DNA from: an uncultured Holophaga sp.
GTDB lineage: Bacteria; Acidobacteriota; Holophagae; Holophagales; Holophagaceae
Reading direction: 5' to 3'
NCBI GenBank assembly: GCA_963664825.1
Contig: OY761614.1
Location: 2,528,001 to 2,592,000, forward strand
DNA: 64,000 nucleotides
In this document: piece by piece, positions 8,292 to 18,121 of the stretch
How positions within the stretch are numbered: position 1 is the stretch's first letter
Layout: each line of letters starts with the position of its first letter
Position numbers and translations under genes: made by a program
The notes under the pieces: generated by a model
The model's input: only the letters and a program-made list of their open reading frames with translations
The model's database searches: none
Told to the model about the DNA's origin: nothing

Positions 8292-8413
8292 GCCTAACGA
8301 GTGAGTTAACCGGCGCTACCGAAGCGGCGCGTTGAAGGGAGACGAGGAATCAGGGAGTTTGGTGGGGAAAGTGACTCGCAGAGGTAGCGTCCGGGTTGAA
8401 CGATTGGTTAGGC
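8292..8413 (-). repeat. attC site
   Basis: GCCTAAC...GTTAGGC. Confidence 0.9.
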
Positions 8414-8427
8414 AGCGCGGGAGACCC

Positions 8428-8988
8428 CTAGAGTGTATGAAGAAAATCGAGGTCGATTTGGAACGCCTTTGTTGTTGGATTGGCCGAAATCAACTCTGTG
8501 TAGATCGCTATCAAAGCGGACTTGGAAAGGCATGGCGGTGGTGGTTCGACTAGGGAACAATGACCACCAAGAATCCTCACTCGATAGACAAGCTGAATCG
8601 GCCTAACATCCTTCATTAGCTTTCTCGGGTTCGTACCGTAATTCCCCTTACCTTCTGTTCTTGCTAGTTGTGAGTAATCCACGGCAACGGAAAAAATACC
8701 TTTGCTGGAAGTTACCGTAGGCAAAACTTTATAACTATCGACAACGAAAAGTGGGTCGGCGTCAGGGAAGAAACACAAAGCCAGAGGCTCTTTTCGTATC
8801 TTGCGTTTAAGAGCATTCGTCATGTATATGTTGCCTTGATTTCTCGTTGGTATTTTGCCTTCAAACTCTTTCTGAATGATCCCCTGAACAAATGCGCTTG
8901 CTCGTTCTGAATTGCTGAGGGGTATGGCAAGCTGAGCGACGAGGCACTGGACCACAAGAATGGTTGGAATCAATTGATGGCCTTTCAT
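8428..8988 (-). CDS. Cassette gene: putative exported hypothetical protein
   Basis: 186 aa with hydrophobic N-terminus; fills the cassette. Confidence 0.65.
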   Translation of the reverse strand: MKGHQLIPTILVVQCLVAQLAIPLSNSERASAFVQGIIQKEFEGKIPTRNQGNIYMTNALKRKIRKEPLALCFFPDADPLFVVDSYKVLPTVTSSKGIFSVAVDYSQLARTEGKGNYGTNPRKLMKDVRPIQLVYRVRILGGHCSLVEPPPPCLSKSALIAIYTELISANPTTKAFQIDLDFLHTL

Positions 8989-9011
8989 ATTTGGGTAATC
9001 GTCGGGACGAT

Positions 9012-9134
9012 GCCTAACGATCGGAGCTAACCGGCGCTGCCGAAGCGGCGCGGTGAGCGGGGATGAGAAATCGGAAAGAATGGCGAGGACGGTGCCTCGC
9101 AGAGGCAGCGTCTAGGTTGAGCGACCGGTTAGGC
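9012..9134 (-). repeat. attC site
   Basis: Near-identical to 3988-4110. Confidence 0.9.
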
Positions 9135-9412
9135 GAGAACGCAGCGCTGGTGCGGGCCGCAATGGTTCGAAGCGATCCGATTGGGTTGGCGTTCCTGGAC
9201 CTGGAAGCTTGCATGGGCAAATCGGAGAAATGGGCTGAGAAGAGCCGTGTTGCTGAATTGGAAAGGCCGTTGGGCTAGGCGCGTGTTCGAATTGTTGGAG
9301 CGTACTCGGAACGATGATAGCGGTTTTATCGATTAAGTTGGCGTGGCTGGATAGCTGGAAGGAAAACGTCGGGAGAGTCTTGCAGTTCAGCAACGCCAGA
9401 AAGCCAGGAGAC
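9135..9412. other. ORF-less gene cassette, copy B
   Basis: About 96% identical to 4111-4388. Confidence 0.75.
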
Positions 9413-9534
9413 GCCTAACGAGTGAGTTAACCGGCGCTACCGAAGCGGCGCGACGAGGGGAGTGTAGAAATCGGAGCGATTGGTGGTGGTTGTAAGAACC
9501 AGAGGTAGCGTCTGGGTTGAACGATTGGTTAGGC
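9413..9534 (-). repeat. attC site
   Basis: Near-identical to 5094-5215. Confidence 0.9.
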
Positions 9535-10068
9535 CGCTCTAGATAGTGAGATTAATTCGGATTTTATTGTTTTTACAGTGGTTAAAAAATTTGTTATCGC
9601 TTTTTGAGATGGCTCCAGAAGCTCAGTGTTGATTTTGACGCCATTTTCCATTGCTTTGGCATAATTAATGTTATACTTGGCCATCTCTCTGAAATATTCG
9701 ACAATTTTGTCCCAGTGTGGAATGAGTTCGGGAAAATTTGAATTGATCCTTATTTCAATTATGCCAAGTTGAATATCGCTGTCTGTTGCAATGCCATTTA
9801 CAGAGTCAAGATATTTTTGCCACGATATTTGTTCTTTTAGTAATGAAATAAAAGACAAGTGTCTTGTGACAGTAGATCCATTCCATATGTAAATAGAATT
9901 ATAAATTTGTTCTAGCATTTCAACACGCTGTCTCCTTTTCTCTCGCTTGTTTTCAATATCGAATTGGATTTGAAGGCGTTTGAGATTGGCTTTATTGGTC
10001 AGGTGAGAAGCAAGAAATGCTGAACCAGTAGCCAGGATAGTTGTGATCAAGGTCTGAATGAAAGACAT
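9529..10068 (-). CDS. Cassette gene: N-terminal TM helix, coiled coil and helical domain
   Basis: Low-GC ORF; GGAG RBS before MSFIQ; stop codon in R''. Confidence 0.7.
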   Translation of the reverse strand: MSFIQTLITTILATGSAFLASHLTNKANLKRLQIQFDIENKREKRRQRVEMLEQIYNSIYIWNGSTVTRHLSFISLLKEQISWQKYLDSVNGIATDSDIQLGIIEIRINSNFPELIPHWDKIVEYFREMAKYNINYAKAMENGVKINTELLEPSQKAITNFLTTVKTIKSELISLSRAA

Positions 10069-10099
10069 CGCTATTCTCCACATAGACTTTGACGTTGCG

Positions 10100-10224
10100 G
10101 CCTAACGAAAGGAGTTAACCGGACCAACAGCTGGTGGGATGAGCGAAGGGGACGAGAAAGCGGGATGCATGGGGGAGATTGGAAGATCGTGGCTGTTGGG
10201 TCCGGGTTGAACGATTGGTTAGGC
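10100..10224 (-). repeat. attC site (variant type shared with 6662)
   Basis: GCCTAAC...GTTAGGC. Confidence 0.9.
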
Positions 10225-10239
10225 CGTGAGGAAGACTCT

Positions 10240-10617
10240 TTATATTGTCCAACCAACTGAAGCTGCATCTTTTTGTAGCGAGGCGATGCGAGCTTGTTCT
10301 TTTGTAATTCTGGCTGTATACCAATCACGCATTAGTTCCGCATCTTGCTGCGTATCTATGATGAAGTAGCCTCGCGTGCCATGATCGAACGAGCCAATGA
10401 AATAACCATTTTCGCGAGAATTTTTCAATAACCCTTGCTGAAAAGCGTTTTGAGAAAGTGTGTAACCGCAAGCTGCGAGGTGAATTTCGATCATCTCCCA
10501 TGGTTGCGCATTAGCGCTCCCGACAGCATTCGCAATGAGGAAATCTAAGATGCACTTATGGACTACGCTTGTGCGTGGATCGTTTGCTTTTCTTTGAACT
10601 GCTGGAAGAAGTGACAT
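10240..10617 (-). CDS. First cassette gene: putative winged-helix protein
   Basis: 125 aa from MSLLP with AAGGAG RBS; IGSFDHGTRGYFIIDT wing-like motif. Confidence 0.65.
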   Translation of the reverse strand: MSLLPAVQRKANDPRTSVVHKCILDFLIANAVGSANAQPWEMIEIHLAACGYTLSQNAFQQGLLKNSRENGYFIGSFDHGTRGYFIIDTQQDAELMRDWYTARITKEQARIASLQKDAASVGWTI

Positions 10618-10640
10618 TTTTTCTCCTTGGATAAAGTGAG

Positions 10641-10690
10641 GCCTAACTTTAAATTGGACGTACCACGGAACGGGTAGGGTGGTACGTGTT
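10641..10690 (-). other. attI site
   Basis: Minus strand CGTCCAATTTAAAG^TTAGGC between intI and the first cassette; adjacent palindrome ACGTACCAC/GTGGTACGT. Confidence 0.85.
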
Positions 10691-10899
10691 TGCGGGGGAG
10701 AGGGGAGGGGGGGCGGTACGCATTTGGGGGGACTTAGGCGAACGGAGGGAGGGGGCTTGACGGGCGAAAAAAAAGCGTCATCCTTCCAACGCGCTGAGTT
10801 GTGTGGCATGAACGGTTTCCAAGCTTAGCGCATTAGGCGAACCCATGCAGGGGGGTGTTTGCCATGGGTGACGAGATTAGGCAGACAGGAAAGGAGGGG

Positions 10900-11883
10900 A
10901 TGGAGGCCGGAACCGGCCCCGCGCGCCGCTTCCTCGATGGGCTCCGGGAGGAACTCCGGGTCCGGCACTACAGCCTCCGGACGGAGGATGCCTACGTGGA
11001 TTGGGTGCGTCGCTTCATCCTCTTCCACGGGAAGCGCCATCCGAGGGAGATGGGGGCCCCGGAGGTCCAGGCCTTCCTGAGCCATCTGGCGATGGCGCGA
11101 AACGTGGCGCCCTCCACCCAGAACCAAGCCAAGGCCGCCCTGCTGTTCCTGTACCGGGTGGTCCTCGGCGACAGGCTCCCCTGGATGCGGGAGATCGCCC
11201 AGGCCAAGGAACATGCGCGCCTCCCGGTGGTCCTGACCCCCGGCGAGGTGAGGATCCTCTTCGATCAGATGGAGGGCACCATGGCCCTCATCGCCCGGGT
11301 GCTGTATGGAACCGGCCTGCGCTTGATGGAGGGGCTGCGACTGCGGGTGAAGGACCTCGAGTTTGAGCGCCGGGAGATCATTGTGAGGGAAGGCAAGGGG
11401 GGCAAGGATCGGGTCACCATGCTTCCCGAAAGCCTCCTGGTGCCTCTCCAGCGGCACCTGCTGAAGGTCCGGGCCCTGCATGAGCAGGACCTGGCCGAGG
11501 GCTTCGGCGAGGTGTGGCTGCCCGACGCCCTGGAGGTGAAGAGTTCCACGGCGGCGAGGGCCTGGGGCTGGCAGTGGGTGTTCCCCTCGGCCCAGCGTGC
11601 GGCCGATCCCAGGTCGGGCGCGATCCGCCGCCACCACATCCATCCGGAAAGCGTCCAGAAGGCGGTGCGGATCGCGGGACGGGCCGGCGAGCTGGTCAAG
11701 CCGGTCACGCCCCATGTGCTGCGCCATTCCTTCGCCACCCACCTGCTGGCGGCGGGCCATGATATCCGCACCGTCCAGGAGCTGCTGGGGCACAAGGACG
11801 TGGAGACCACCATGATCTACACCCATGTCCTCAATCGGGGCGGCCTGGGGGTTCCCAGTCCCCTGGACATCCTGGGAGGCTGA
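10900..11883 (+). CDS. intI: Integron integrase
   Basis: [30 protein letters not shown], IntI-specific patch (WGWQWVFPS...[11 protein letters not shown]), [29 protein letters not shown]. Confidence 0.97.
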   Translation: MEAGTGPARRFLDGLREELRVRHYSLRTEDAYVDWVRRFILFHGKRHPREMGAPEVQAFLSHLAMARNVAPSTQNQAKAALLFLYRVVLGDRLPWMREIAQAKEHARLPVVLTPGEVRILFDQMEGTMALIARVLYGTGLRLMEGLRLRVKDLEFERREIIVREGKGGKDRVTMLPESLLVPLQRHLLKVRALHEQDLAEGFGEVWLPDALEVKSSTAARAWGWQWVFPSAQRAADPRSGAIRRHHIHPESVQKAVRIAGRAGELVKPVTPHVLRHSFATHLLAAGHDIRTVQELLGHKDVETTMIYTHVLNRGGLGVPSPLDILGG

Positions 11884-11894
11884 TACGCGGCCCT

Positions 11895-12215
11895 TCAGGA
11901 ATGAACGGGCCGGATGAAGGAGATGATATTGGAACCGGGCGTGGGCGCCTCCGTGGGGTTGAGTTCGGCAGCGGGCCTGACTTCCCGTTCCAGATCCTCC
12001 ACCCGGTAGCTATTGACCGCGCCATTCCCCCAGCGCACCAGGTAGGGCCGTGCCGCAGCGCGGGGATCGTGGGGCCGATTCTCATCGGCCTCGATCACGA
12101 TTCCCGGCTTGCCTCCGCCCTGGCTCTTGGGCACCCATCCCGAGACCCCCCCATAGAGCGAAACGGCGGTGGGGGTCAGTTGGACGCGGTCGTCGAGTTT
12201 GAATTCCAGGGTCAT
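11895..12215 (-). CDS. Hypothetical protein (SH3-like beta pattern)
   Basis: FKLDDRVQL...GIVIE...YLVRW; same strand as ahcY. Confidence 0.55.
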   Translation of the reverse strand: MTLEFKLDDRVQLTPTAVSLYGGVSGWVPKSQGGGKPGIVIEADENRPHDPRAAARPYLVRWGNGAVNSYRVEDLEREVRPAAELNPTEAPTPGSNIISFIRPVHS

Positions 12216-12302
12216 GGAGGGACCTTCCCTTCTCACCTCCATTATCGCGGAATGAGCGGGGAAGGTGGGGGCCCGAGGGGCAGGTAAGCGGAAAGCTGTG
12301 GC

Positions 12303-13721
12303 TCAGTAGCGGTAGCTCTCGGTCTTGTAGGGGCCTTCCAGGGGCACATTGATATAGGCGGCCTGTTTTTCCGTGAGCTGGGTGAGGCGGGCATTCAGCT
12401 TGCGAAGCTGGAGGCGGGCCACCCTCTCGTCCAGGTGCTTGGGCAGGGTGTAGACGCCCACCGGGTACTGGCCCTGCTTGGTCCACAGCTCGATCTGGGC
12501 CAGTGTCTGGTTGGCGAAGGAACTGGACATGACGTAGCTGGGGTGGCCCGTGGCGCACCCCAGGTTCACGAGACGGCCCTTGGCCAGCAGGATGAGGCGC
12601 TTGGCGGGGCGTCCGTCCAGGGGGGGGAAGATCACGTGATCCACCTGGGGCTTGATCTCCTCCCAGGGGTACTGCTCGATGCTGGCCACATCGATCTCGC
12701 TATCGAAGTGGCCGATGTTGCAGACGATGGCCTGGTCCTTCATGGTGGCCATGTGGTCATGGGTGATGACGTGGTAGTTGCCGGTGGCCGTCACGAAGAT
12801 ATCGGCCAGGGGGGCGGCCTCTTCCATGGTCACGACCCGGTATCCCTCCATGGCGGCCTGCAGGGCGCAGATGGGATCGATTTCGGTCACCCACACCTGG
12901 GCGCGCAGGGCGCTTAGCGCCTGGGCGCAGCCCTTGCCCACATCGCCGTAGCCGCAGACCAGGGCGACCTTCCCCGCGATCATCACGTCCGTGGCGCGCT
13001 TGATGCCGTCCACCAGGGACTCCCGGCAGCCGTAGAGATTATCGAACTTGGATTTGGTGACGCTATCGTTGACGTTGATGGCGGGGAACTTCAGCTCGCC
13101 CTTCTTGTGCATCTCGTAGAGGCGATGGACACCGGTTGTCGTCTCCTCCGTGACGCCCTTGATGGCTTTGAGCTGGCGGGAATACCAGGTGGCGTCCGTG
13201 GCCAGGCGCTTCTTGATGGAGGCGAAGAGCACCCGGGCCTCTTCGCTATCCGGGTGGTCCAGCACGTGGAGGTCCTGCTCGGCGCGAGCCCCCAGATGGA
13301 CCAGGAGGGTGGCATCGCCCCCATCGTCCAGGATCATATTGGGTGTGCCTTCCCTGAATTCAAAAATCCGGTGGGTGTAATCCCAGTAGTCCTCCAGGCT
13401 TTCGCCCTTGATGGCAAAGACCGGCGTGCCGCCCGCGGCGATGGCGGCCGCGGCGTGGTCCTGGGTGCTGTAGATATTGCAAGAGGCCCAGCGCACCTCG
13501 GCCCCCAGGGCCTTCAGCGTCTCGATGAGCACGGCTGTCTGGATGGTCATGTGCAGCGATCCCGCGATGCGGGCGCCCTTGAGGGGCTGCTGGCCTGCGT
13601 ATTCCTCGCGGATCACCATGAGCGCCGGCATCTCGGATTCGGCGATGGCTATCTCCTTGCGTCCCCAGGCCGAGAGGGAGAGATCGGCGACGATGTGCTG
13701 GGTCTGAGGGGCTGCGCTCAT
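12303..13721 (-). CDS. ahcY: Adenosylhomocysteinase
   Basis: [38 protein letters not shown]. Confidence 0.97.
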   Translation of the reverse strand: MSAAPQTQHIVADLSLSAWGRKEIAIAESEMPALMVIREEYAGQQPLKGARIAGSLHMTIQTAVLIETLKALGAEVRWASCNIYSTQDHAAAAIAAGGTPVFAIKGESLEDYWDYTHRIFEFREGTPNMILDDGGDATLLVHLGARAEQDLHVLDHPDSEEARVLFASIKKRLATDATWYSRQLKAIKGVTEETTTGVHRLYEMHKKGELKFPAINVNDSVTKSKFDNLYGCRESLVDGIKRATDVMIAGKVALVCGYGDVGKGCAQALSALRAQVWVTEIDPICALQAAMEGYRVVTMEEAAPLADIFVTATGNYHVITHDHMATMKDQAIVCNIGHFDSEIDVASIEQYPWEEIKPQVDHVIFPPLDGRPAKRLILLAKGRLVNLGCATGHPSYVMSSSFANQTLAQIELWTKQGQYPVGVYTLPKHLDERVARLQLRKLNARLTQLTEKQAAYINVPLEGPYKTESYRY

Positions 13722-13786
13722 GGGGTCTCCTTCGAGAATGGCCGGAGGGGGCTGCTCACCCGATTCCAAACCAGCCAGGTTTGTCC

Positions 13787-13870
13787 GGTGAGCGCGGTTG
13801 GATCAGGTTGACCCGCAGGTCAGGTTCCGAGCCTAGGACGCCTCATGGGCATCTCGCAGCGCTCCTCGGA
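13787..13870 (-). promoter_or_regulatory. SAH riboswitch
   Basis: CCGAGGAGCGCTGC...AGGCTCGG...AACCGCGCTCACC upstream of ahcY. Confidence 0.88.
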
Positions 13871-13954
13871 CAGGACTCTGATGATAATCGATTCCGGATT
13901 GCGACAAGGGGGAGAGTCCCGGAGGTGGTACATTCGCCCTGATCGGGGGCTGGA

Positions 13955-14683
13955 ATGAAACGCGCTTTGAACCTGCTTATCCTCACCGGGCTCCTGGCCT
14001 TCATTCCCACGGGCCTTGCCCAGGGACAGGCCGCTCCCCCCAATCCCGCATCCAGGTTCCTGCCCGTAGACGTCCTCGACCCCTGCCGGGTGCTGCCCCC
14101 GCCTCCGGAGCCGGGCACCTTGGCCGCCCTGGGCGACCTGGAGACGATCCTGCGGACCCAGGCGGGGCGAACGGCCGAGCAGGTGGCCCTGGCCAAGGCC
14201 GTGGACGGGGGCGGGCCCTTCGATTTCGCCCAGGTGCTGGGCTCCTGGTTCACGGCCTCGAACCTTCCCCGGATCGATGGCTTCCTGAAGCGGATCGGGG
14301 ATGAAATGCAGCCCTTGAGCAATCGAGCCAAGAACTGTCACTTCCGGCCCCGCCCTCCCCTGGTGGATTCCCGGGTCCAGCCCTGCGTGCCCTTCAGCAA
14401 ACACAGCAGCTCCTATCCCAGCGGCCATTCCCTCTATCTCTTCGTTCAGGCCGGCGTATTGGCGGAACTCTTCCCCGAGGCCCGGGAGGCGCTCCTGGCC
14501 TACGCCCATCGCGCGGCCTGGACCCGGATCCAGGCGGGTGTGCACTTTCCCACCGACGTGGTGGGAGGTCGCCTGCTGGCGGAAGCCATCCTGGCGGAGC
14601 TGAAGAAGAACCCCGCCTTCCGGGAGGCCCTGGAGGCCTGTCGGGCCGAAGCCGCTCCCTTCCGCTTGAAGAAGGCGGCATGA
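13955..14683 (+). CDS. Class A acid phosphatase (PAP2), exported
   Basis: Signal peptide; KxxxxRPRP, SYPSGH, RIQAGVHFPTD. Confidence 0.88.
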   Translation: MKRALNLLILTGLLAFIPTGLAQGQAAPPNPASRFLPVDVLDPCRVLPPPPEPGTLAALGDLETILRTQAGRTAEQVALAKAVDGGGPFDFAQVLGSWFTASNLPRIDGFLKRIGDEMQPLSNRAKNCHFRPRPPLVDSRVQPCVPFSKHSSSYPSGHSLYLFVQAGVLAELFPEAREALLAYAHRAAWTRIQAGVHFPTDVVGGRLLAEAILAELKKNPAFREALEACRAEAAPFRLKKAA

Positions 14684-14708
14684 AAATGGGGCCGCGAGGC
14701 CCCCTTTC
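14684..14708. terminator. Hairpin terminator between convergent genes
   Basis: AAATGGGGCC-GCGA-GGCCCCCTTT. Confidence 0.6.
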
Positions 14709-14725
14709 ATGGGATGGGGAAAGAC

Positions 14726-16609
14726 TTACTTCACGGTGATGACGCGGGTGATGGCGCTGCTGACGCCGAGGGCGTCCTGAGCCGTGAAGGTGACCGTAAA
14801 GGTGCCCGTGGTGGCATAGGCGTGGGACGTGCTCAGGCCGGTGGCTGTGGCGCCGTCTCCGAAGGTCCAGCTGCTGTTCGCGACCGTGCTATTGGAACTG
14901 GTGGCGGCGGCCTGGAAGGTCTGGAGCGTCCCGCTGGAGAGGGTGCAGTCCCAGCTGGGGTTGATCACATGCACATTGGGTTTGGCCGTATTTTCGAAGG
15001 AGGTGCCCCATCCGACCACATCGACGGAGGCCAGGAAGGTCGCGGGGAGGGGGCTGGCGGGGGAGGGGAAGAAGGATAGGCCCGTCAGCTCTTCGATCCG
15101 GGCCACGCTGGTGACGTATTTCCAGAGATCGGCGTTGGCCGGCGTGTAGTCATGGGGGGCCAGGACGGCCAGCACCTTGGGGGCGCCGGGGGCGGTCTCC
15201 CGCACGATGATCTTGTAGAAGGCCGTGGGGATGGCGATATTCTTGGTGGAGAAGCGGGCGGGATCCGAGGTGAATACGGGCCCTGTGTAGACCCAGATGC
15301 GCTTGAAGGTGTCGGCGAGTCCCGGCACCCAGGTGGAGCCGCCGCTGCCGCCGACCACCTGCTCGAGGTTGTTCCAGAAGTTGTTGTTGTGGGTGGCCGA
15401 CTGGGGGCAGATGTTGGAAAGGCGGCAGGTGTCGGTGCCCGCCTGGGCGCCATAGCGATAGGCCAGGTCCGACATCATGGCCTGGTGGCCACGGGTCCAG
15501 CCGCTGCCCGAGTAGTCCGAGTCCGTCACCTGGGGGGAAGCCAGGCGATCGTCGGCCACGAAGGTGCGGGTGCCATTCGAGAAGGTCGTGATGAACTTGA
15601 AGTCGGCGTAGGCGGTCCAGATGGGATTCTTCAGGGTCTCGTCGTAGCCGAGCCGGAAGGCCCCGTTGGGGAAGGCCGTGCCCTGGTGGTAGGAGGGCAG
15701 GACGGTCTGGGGCCGGTTCGGCACCGTGATCGGATCGCCGGCGTAGGTGGGATTGGGGGCCATCACCGTAAGAGTGGCGTTCTCGCTGGTGACTGAGGTG
15801 CTGCCGTTGCCCACCAGGACGCTATACATGGCCGAGATCTCGTTGAGATCGGTGGCGCTGACGGTATAGCTCGCGGAGGTGGCCCCGGAGATGGCGGTGC
15901 CATTCTTCCGCCACTGGTAGGTGAGGTTGCTGCCGCTGGCCAGTACCGTGAAGGTGGCGCCATCCGGAGCCGAAACGGTCTGGCTCTTGGGTTGGGTCGT
16001 GATGCCGAAGGCGTTGGTGAGGACGGTGAGGGTGGCCGCCTGGCTGGTGAGGGACTGGGTGCCGCTGGTCACCGTCACCTGGAAGGTGGCGCCGTTATCG
16101 GCGCTGGTGGTGGCCGGTGTGGTGTAGGAGGCGGAGGTGGCGCCGGAGAGGGCGGTGCCGTTCTTGGTCCACTGGTAGGTGAGGCTGGAGCCCGTGGCGA
16201 CCACCTGGAAGGTGGCGGTGGCCGGAGCGGTGACGGTCCGGCTGGCGGGCTGGGTGGTGATGGCGAGGGCCGATGCGGACGTCACGGTGAGGAGGACGGA
16301 TTTACTGGTGATGGCGCCGTAGCCATTGGTGATGTAGACCTGGTATTTGGTGCCGTTATCGGCGCTGATGGTGGCGGCGGTGGTGTAGGTCCTCGAGGTG
16401 GCGCCTGCGATATTGACCCCGTTCTTCCGCCACTGGTATTTCAGGGTGCTGGTGCCCGCGGCGGTCACGGAGAAGGTGGCCTTGGCCCCGGCGGCGACCG
16501 TCACTGCGGCGGGCTGGGTGGTGATGGAAGGGGCCGTCCCGGCCTGAAGCAGGGCGGGGACGGACATGCAGAGGGCTGCGCCTAGGGTGTAGGCGGTGTG
16601 GAAGGACAT
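14726..16609 (-). CDS. Secreted DNA/RNA non-specific endonuclease with three Ig-like repeats and a PKD domain
   Basis: ITTQP...YQWxKNG repeats; WTRGH, SNICPQ...NNNFWNNLE; WTFGDG...HAY. Confidence 0.85.
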   Translation of the reverse strand: MSFHTAYTLGAALCMSVPALLQAGTAPSITTQPAAVTVAAGAKATFSVTAAGTSTLKYQWRKNGVNIAGATSRTYTTAATISADNGTKYQVYITNGYGAITSKSVLLTVTSASALAITTQPASRTVTAPATATFQVVATGSSLTYQWTKNGTALSGATSASYTTPATTSADNGATFQVTVTSGTQSLTSQAATLTVLTNAFGITTQPKSQTVSAPDGATFTVLASGSNLTYQWRKNGTAISGATSASYTVSATDLNEISAMYSVLVGNGSTSVTSENATLTVMAPNPTYAGDPITVPNRPQTVLPSYHQGTAFPNGAFRLGYDETLKNPIWTAYADFKFITTFSNGTRTFVADDRLASPQVTDSDYSGSGWTRGHQAMMSDLAYRYGAQAGTDTCRLSNICPQSATHNNNFWNNLEQVVGGSGGSTWVPGLADTFKRIWVYTGPVFTSDPARFSTKNIAIPTAFYKIIVRETAPGAPKVLAVLAPHDYTPANADLWKYVTSVARIEELTGLSFFPSPASPLPATFLASVDVVGWGTSFENTAKPNVHVINPSWDCTLSSGTLQTFQAAATSSNSTVANSSWTFGDGATATGLSTSHAYATTGTFTVTFTAQDALGVSSAITRVITVK

Positions 16610-16802
16610 GGGAACTCCCAGGATGGATTGGAAAGATCGATCCTTCCTTGTATCCCAAATCCCTCCTTCGGCCCATGGAAATATCGTAAATTTTTTTATC
16701 GCGACCATATTTTCTTAGTCCGTGCCCGGAATTCATGGCCCCTCGAGGCATCCTTTCCGCAGGCGCAGGATTCGAGTGGCATCGGGCCGGGGGCAGGGGC
16801 CC

Positions 16803-17921
16803 TCATTCCCTCAGGAAGTGGCAGGTGTAGCCATCGGGATGCTTCTGGAGGTAGTCCTGGTGGTGCTCCTCGGCCTTCCACCAGGGGCCCGCGGGGCTGA
16901 TCTCGGTGACCAGGGGGCCCTTCCACTTCCCGGAGGCCTCCACCTCGGCCTTCACCTTCTCGGCGGTGCGCTTCTGTGTGTCGTCATGGAAGAAGATGGC
17001 GCTGCGGTAGGAACTGCCCCGATCGTTGCCCTGGCGGTTGAGGGTCGTGGGGTCGTGCATGCGGAAGAAGAAGCGCAGGAGGGTCTCGAAGCTGGTCCTT
17101 GCAGGATCGAAGCGGATCTGGACGGCTTCGGCGTGGCTCTCGTGGTGCTCGTAGGTGGCGTTGGCCACGGTACCGCCGGTGTAGCCCACTTCGATTTCCA
17201 GGACGCCGGGTTGCTGGCGGAGCAGTTCCTCCATGCCCCAGAAGCAGCCGCCGGCGAGGGTCGCCAACTCTGTCCGGGGGGGACCGCCCGGCCCCTGGAG
17301 GGGGGCCTCTGCGTCCCCCCCGGAATTGCTTTGCCTGGGCGCGGGCTTCCCGAAGAGGGGCAGGGCGCTGCCGTAGCCTTCCTTCTCCAGAGCCTCCAGG
17401 GGGATGAAGCGCAGGGAGGCTGAATTGATGCAGTAGCGCAGGCCGCCCCGGTCGGCGGGACCGTCGTCGAAGACATGGCCCAGGTGGGAATCGGCCTCCC
17501 GGGAGCGCACCTCCGTGCGGGCCATGCCATGGGAGAGATCGGGCCTTTCCACCACCTCCGAGCCATCCACGGGCTTGGTGAAACTGGGCCATCCGCAGCC
17601 CGAATCGAACTTGTCCTTGGAGGAGAAGAGGGCCTTGCCGCTCACGATATCGACGTAGAGGCCCTCCCGGTGCTCGTTCCAAAATTCGTTCTGGAAGGCG
17701 GGTTCGGTGGCGGCCTCCTGGGTGACCCGGTATTGCAGGGGGCTCAGCTGATATTTGCGTTCGTCCTGGGTGGGTTTGGGGGGCACGGATGTCTCCTGGT
17801 GTGAGCGTCGAGGGGCATCATGGATGGATGCCGACTGGGAATGGGCGGAGAACGCGGAGAACCCGAGCCCGGCCGCCAGGGCACCGACCACCAGCAGAGC
17901 CCATATCTTCTGCGATGTCAT
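16803..17921 (-). CDS. msrAB: Exported bifunctional methionine sulfoxide reductase MsrB-MsrA
   Basis: GCGWPSF, HLGHVF, RYCINS, GGCFWG. Confidence 0.93.
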   Translation of the reverse strand: MTSQKIWALLVVGALAAGLGFSAFSAHSQSASIHDAPRRSHQETSVPPKPTQDERKYQLSPLQYRVTQEAATEPAFQNEFWNEHREGLYVDIVSGKALFSSKDKFDSGCGWPSFTKPVDGSEVVERPDLSHGMARTEVRSREADSHLGHVFDDGPADRGGLRYCINSASLRFIPLEALEKEGYGSALPLFGKPAPRQSNSGGDAEAPLQGPGGPPRTELATLAGGCFWGMEELLRQQPGVLEIEVGYTGGTVANATYEHHESHAEAVQIRFDPARTSFETLLRFFFRMHDPTTLNRQGNDRGSSYRSAIFFHDDTQKRTAEKVKAEVEASGKWKGPLVTEISPAGPWWKAEEHHQDYLQKHPDGYTCHFLRE

Positions 17922-18121
17922 GAGGCCCTCCCCTTCCTGGGTTGGATGCAGGAGGCTTCCCCTGTGTGAGGGGCCAAAAAAGGTTCTTCTCTGTGCCCGC
18001 TCTTTTTCGCGCCCTTCGCTTCCTTGGCGCTATTCGCGTTCCTTATGGATGCCTGGGGTGAGTGAAGCGATCCCCCGGCCCGTGGTACCGTGGGGGACAT
18101 TCCCTGTCAGATGGAGCCCCT

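Larger units (their letters stand above)
3784..11883. mobile_element. Integron: intI, attI and cassette array (12 attC sites)
   Basis: Integron integrase divergent from a run of low-GC minus-strand ORFs separated by GCCTAAC...GTTAGGC imperfect palindromes. Confidence 0.95.

Noticed and set aside
3988..10224. Regularly recurring repeats suggesting a CRISPR array
   Set aside because: Repeats are ~123 bp palindromes with RYYYAAC/GTTRRRY ends separated by gene-sized units next to intI, so they are attC sites; no cas genes
10618..10809. 189-aa version of the first cassette ORF
   Set aside because: The extension crosses attI and is proline-rich noise; an RBS supports the start at 10617
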